Positions 59,301 through 64,000 of a DNA stretch of 64,000 nt are shown piece after piece. Position numbers and translations under genes: made by a program. The notes under the pieces are model-generated. The model ran no database searches. It saw nothing but the letters and a program-made list of their open reading frames with translations, and had not been told where the DNA came from. The DNA is taken from assembly GCA_965112735.1 (NCBI GenBank), contig OZ218950.1:2728001-2792000 (forward strand). Direction: 5' to 3'. The first letter of the stretch is position 1, and each line of letters starts with the position of its first letter. This DNA is from Phaeosaccion multiseriatum (taxonomy: Eukaryota; Protista; Ochrophyta, other classes).

Positions 59301-62015
59301 GCAGGGGGAGCAGGGGGGGCAGGGGCCGACCCTCGAGGGTTGGGGGGTAGGCAGGGTCGATGGAGCGCGTTGGACGGGCTGCGGCATTGTGTGGTGGGGC
59401 GCATCCTGCGAGATGGCAGTCTAAACAGGGCTCTCTTGCGTATCATGGGCCTGCCTTCGACGAGTGCCATGCGGCGCCTGTTGGATAGTGACACGGCCCA
59501 CTCCACTGTGTCCCTCATGGCGGAGCTGGTGCACGTGGAGGACGGGAAGGAAGGTGAGGGGCGGGGAGGGAGGGCGGGACATGGCACGGTAGGAAGGGGG
59601 GGGGGGGGTGGGGATAACGTTTGGTTCGTTGTCGAGGAAGAGTGCATCCACGGCCGTCTACTGCCACCCTCTGTCATCCACTGCCATCCACTGCCATCCA
59701 GCATAGAGTGTCTGCCCCCTCTCATATGAGCTTGAATCAAGCTTTTGTTCGTCCACGTTCTGCTCCTCTCTTGATGCATTACATGAATTCATCCTATAGC
59801 TCCGGTAATGTTCACATTTTCCCTCCCATGTTTTTTGTTTCGCTTTTGCTTTCCTCGTTTGCTTACGCGGTGGTGCGCTCCCCCCCCCTTCCCTCTCTCT
59901 CTCTGTCTCTTTCTCTCTGTCTCTTTCTCTCTTTCCCTTCCTCCCTCCCTTCCTTCCTTCCTTCCTCTCCCCCCCTCCCTCCCTTCCTCCCCTCCCTCCC
60001 TTCCTCCCCTCCCTCCCTCCCTCCCTCCCTCGCTCCCTTCCTTCCTCCCCCCCTCCCTCCCTCCCTCCCTCTCTACCTCCCTACCTCCCTACCTCCCTCC
60101 CTTCCTGCCCTCCCTCCGTCCTTCCTCCCCTCCCTTCCTTCCTTCCTTCCTTCCTTCCTTCCTTCCTTCCTTCCTTCCTTCCTTCCTTCCTTCCTTCCTT
60201 CCTTCCTTCCTTCCTTCCTCCCTTCCTCCCCTCCCTTCCTCCCCTCCCTCCCTCCCTCCCTCCCTCCCTTCCTTCCTTCCTTCCTTCCTTCCTTCCTTCC
60301 TTCCTTCCTTCCTTCCTTCCTCCCCCCCCTTCCTCCCTTCCTCCCCTCCCTCCCTTCCTTCCTTCCTTCCTCCCTCCCTCTCTCCCTCCCTTCCTCCCTT
60401 CCTCTCTCCCTCTCTCTTCCTTCCTTCCTTCCTTCCTTTCTTCCTCCCCTCCCTCCCTCCCTCCCTCCCTCCCTCCCTCCCTCCCTTCCTTCCTTCCTTC
60501 CTCCCTCCCTTCCTCCCCCCCTTCCTCCCCTCCCTTCCTCCCTCCCTCTCCCCCCCCTTCTCCCCTCCCTCCCTCCCCCCTCCCTCCCTTCCTCCCTCCC
60601 TTCCTCCCTCCCTCCCTCCCTCCCTCCCTCTCCCCCCCCTTCCTCCCCTCCCTCCCTTCCTTCCTCCCTCCCTTCCTTCCTTCCTCCCCTCCCTCCCTCC
60701 CAGTGGATGTGACGATACTTCCCCTGGACTTCTTCCAGGGCATCCTCCACTCCGACTACTCTCCAGGCAGCGCGGGGGGGGGACTCAGTAGCAGCGGCGG
60801 TTTCGACAGAGGCTGGGGAGGAGGGGGGGGTGTGGGTGAGGCAGAGGAGCTTCAGCGTTTGGCGCAAGAAGCGTACACGGTACTCCACAGAGTGCTCTTC
60901 ATCGGTACACAGCTGGCAGAGTACAACCACAACCACCACCACTACGATCACGACCGCCTCGACCACACGCATGGGCAGGAGGGAGAGTGGCAGGGAGGGC
61001 AGCAGGGCTTCTTTCCTCCTAGGGGCGTTGGTGATACAGATCGCCATTTGGGGAGTATGCAAGGTGCTTCTCCGGGCGGTTTGCATCAGCAGGCAGCAGC
61101 AGCAGCAGCAGCAGGAGGAGGAGGAGGAGGGGGAGGAGCAGGAGGAGGAGGAGGAGGAGGAGGAGGAGGAGGAGGAGGAGGAGCAGGAGCAGGAGCAGGA
61201 GAGGCAGGGGGCTTGGGCTCATCGGGAGGAGGGGCCGTGCTGCTGCCTCTTCGAGATGTGGGGGGGGATGTGGCCACGCGAGCGGTGGCGGTGCTGACTC
61301 AGCATGTTGAGCTCGGGGTGTTGGGGGCGGGGGCGGAGGGAGGCGCCGGGGGTGCCTTTTCCTTCGACACTTCTGCTGCTCGCTCGCTGTCCCTCGTTCC
61401 CTCGTATCTTCTTGTGGCGGCCTCGTACATTGATTTCCCCCTCCTGCGAGGGCTCCAAGCTGACCCGGTGATGGCCTCTCTGCCGCTTCTCGCAGTGCAG
61501 TCTCTCACCGCCGTCGTTCGCAGCATGGAAGACTGTAAGTGTGCAAGTGTGCCCTCCATGTGGGTCTCTGCGGTGTGTATGTATGTATGCATGTATGTAT
61601 GTATGTATGTATGTATGTATGTATGTATGTATGTATGTATGTATGTATGTATGTATGTATGTATGCATGCATGTATGTATGTATGTATGTATGTATGTAT
61701 GTATGTATGTATGTATGTGTGTATGTATGTGTGTATGTGTGTATGTGTGTATATTTGTCTATTGGGGTTGAAACAATAAGAAAAGAAGGAAATCTGACCT
61801 ACCTGTCTGTCTCTCCCCTCTGCCCTCCCCCCCGCCCCGCCTCCTCGCTGTCCGCCGCTTCCAAATAGCAACGGTGAACACACCGGTTGCAGGGGACATG
61901 TCCACTACACACACGCAGACGCACAGCTCCCTCATGGACTTCCTGGGGGTCAACAACTGCGCCCCTCTCGCGCAAGCTCTGATGGGCACGCTGGTGTGTG
62001 TGTGTGGGTGTGTGC

Positions 62016-62051
<36 letters not shown>

Positions 62052-62407
62052 ATGTGAGTATGTGTGTGTGTGTGTGGGTGTGTGTGTGTGTGTGTGTGGG
62101 TGGGTGTGTGTGTGCGCGCGTGTGTGTGTGTGTGTGCGTGTATGTGAGTATGTATGTGTGTGCGTGTGTGTGTGTGCGTGTGTGTGCGTGTGTGTATGTG
62201 TGTGCGTGTGTATGTGAGTATGTATGTGTGTTTGTGTGTGTGTTTGTGCGCCGCGCGTGTGTTTGTGCTTGAGCGTGCATGTGTGTGTATGTGCACTATC
62301 CCAACGCCTCTCTCTCTCCCTCCCCCCCTCCGCTCTCTCTCTCTCTCTATCTCTCTCCCTCTCTCTCTCTCTCCCTCCCCCCCTCCGCTCTCTCTCTATC
62401 TCTCTCC

Positions 62408-62439
<32 letters not shown>

Positions 62440-64000
62440 CCCCCTCCCCTCTCTCTCTATCTCTCTCTGACTCTCTCTGACTCTCTCTCGCTCGCTCTCT
62501 CTCTCACGCTCACTCCCCCCCCTCCTCTCTGTCTCGCTCTCCCACACACACTCTCTCCCCCTCTCTCACTCTCTCTCACCCTCCCTCAGATGGACGACAA
62601 CGAGTGCCTGACTCTCCGCGTTGCTACTCTCGACCTCATCATCGCTGCTGTGGAGGCTCAGCCCGGCTTTGCGGTGCAGCTCTTCGTCACAAGGGACCTT
62701 GTGCAGAGGACGAGGGACACAAGAGGAGGAGAAGGAGGAGGAGGGGCAAGCTCTCCTGAGGGAGCTAAGGCTAAGGGGATTCCGAAGGCGTTGACGCTGG
62801 CGGATGTGATTTTGAAGCTGCTGGGAGACAGCGAGAGACTCTTCAATGAGCAGGTGCGTGAGGTGTAGAGACATTCGACGGTGACTGGAACTGAAACGCC
62901 TCACCTCCCCCGCCGCCCCCCCCTCCCTCTCTCTCTCTCTCTCTCTGCCCCCCCCACCCCCCCCTCTCTCCCTCCTGTTGTTCAGCCGATCCTGCTGTCC
63001 CACACTCTCCACCTCGTGCTCGCCCTGTGGGAGAAGGAAGGCGTCAGCAAGCTCGGCCTCATCGTTGCTGCCCTCGTTGGGGAGGGGGGTCGGGGCGGCG
63101 ATCGCTTCTGGCAGGGGCTCTTCTCGCCCCTGTTGAGGGATATGCCCGATCCGCCCGGCGTGGAAGGCGACGGACAGGAAGGAGGAGGAGGAGGAGGAGG
63201 AGGAGGTGTGTACAACACAAACATGGCCTTACACTGCCATCGCCTGGCGTGCCACATTCCCGTGCTCAAGATGCTTGGGCTGGAGGTGCACAGCGGCATG
63301 AGGGCCAGAGGACAGGCCATTTCAGCGGCAGAGGCGGCGGCAGACAAGAGGCTGCGCCGTGCTGCCGTGAAAGGGCCGGCTGAGGGCCGGGAGCCTGCGG
63401 CTGTTTTATCACCAACTGCTGCTGCTGCTGCTGCTGCCAGCGCCCCTACCATCTCTCCCACCACTCGGCAGGTGTGTGCGCGATGGAAGGAGTTGATGGG
63501 ACTAAGATGAATCCCGGTCTCTCTCTCTCTCTCTCTCTCTCTCAGCTTCGAATTTTTGCTGGTGCTGAAATAGTATCAAGGCTGTCCTCCTGACTCTTCC
63601 CCCTCTCTCTTTCTCTCACACTACCTCTCCATCTCTCCATCTCATCATCTCTTCATCCCTCGTACATACATACATACATACAAACATACACATACATACA
63701 CACATACATATTATACATACATACATACATACATACATACATACACACACACAAACATACATACATACATACATACATACATACATACATACATACAGGT
63801 GGAGTCTTTCCTGCAGGAGAATGCGGGGAGCCGTTTTGACTACTGGATGCGTACATACATGCGTTTCGACTTTAAACCCGAGGTAGCCCTCGAGGTCAGA
63901 GAGAAGGCCACGCGGGCAGGGGTGGACCTTCGCAGCTGCATCCGAATGGCGTCCGAGAGACGCTTTGGAGATGCCTTTTTGTACGACGTTAGCGAGATAC
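52572..64000 (+). CDS. NUP188: Nucleoporin NUP188 (partial, continues beyond the window)
   Basis: [59 protein letters not shown] and [10 protein letters not shown] align from memory with NUP188 blocks. More than 10 GT-AG exons. Confidence 0.8.
55263..55475. repeat. 70 bp x 3 intronic minisatellite
   Basis: Units at 55263, 55333, 55403 beginning gcgaacctcttgt. Confidence 0.92.
59876..60701. repeat. ~820 bp polypyrimidine (CCTT/CCCT)n tract, intronic
   Basis: Almost exclusively C/T. Confidence 0.95.
61575..61752. repeat. (TGTA)n microsatellite, intronic
   Basis: Tetranucleotide run. Confidence 0.92.
61994..62586. repeat. Intron composed of (GT)n-like then (CT)n-like simple repeats
   Basis: Degenerate dinucleotide runs. 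Confidence 0.9.

Noticed and set aside
59621-61086. Long PSFL / EGRK ORFs
   Set aside because: Translations of the intronic CCTT tract.
1-64000. tRNA, rRNA, transposase, reverse transcriptase or viral genes; alternative genetic code
   Set aside because: No such motifs seen by eye, and conserved genes translate correctly with the standard code. tRNAscan-SE and Infernal were not run.

Overview
Gene-dense, intron-rich eukaryotic nuclear DNA with GT-AG introns and microsatellite-filled introns. Several proteins carry a signal peptide followed by an ASAF/ASAFAP-type cleavage motif, which points to an ochrophyte (heterokont alga with a secondary plastid). I reconstructed 20 protein-coding genes by hand: DEAD-box helicase, orphan secreted protein, TPR-like protein, DnaJ, WDR20-like WD40, hypothetical membrane protein, PH-domain protein, AN1 zinc finger, ZNF511-like, small 2-TM protein, PsbQ-like/KOW, ERV1, PPR, small signal-peptide protein, RluA-family pseudouridine synthase, DUF1995-like, fascin-like/glycosyltransferase, HisRS, HSF and NUP188 (runs off the right end). 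There is also a frameshifted PAM18 pseudogene. No rRNA, tRNA, CRISPR or transposase gene was seen. The most notable observations are: (1) a ~440 bp element of 55 bp inverted repeats enclosing a 12 x 29 bp array built from the inverted repeat itself; (2) decayed copies of exon-junction sequence inside introns; (3) 18 of 20 genes in head-to-head pairs, mostly 130-240 bp apart; (4) an 8-nt microexon that completes a C2H2 finger; (5) unusual domain architectures (PsbQ-like+KOW, DnaJ with a hydrophobic hairpin in the zinc-finger slot, ZNF511+2xCCCH, fascin-like+GT). All family calls come from motif recognition, not database searches, and exon structures are unconfirmed by transcript data.
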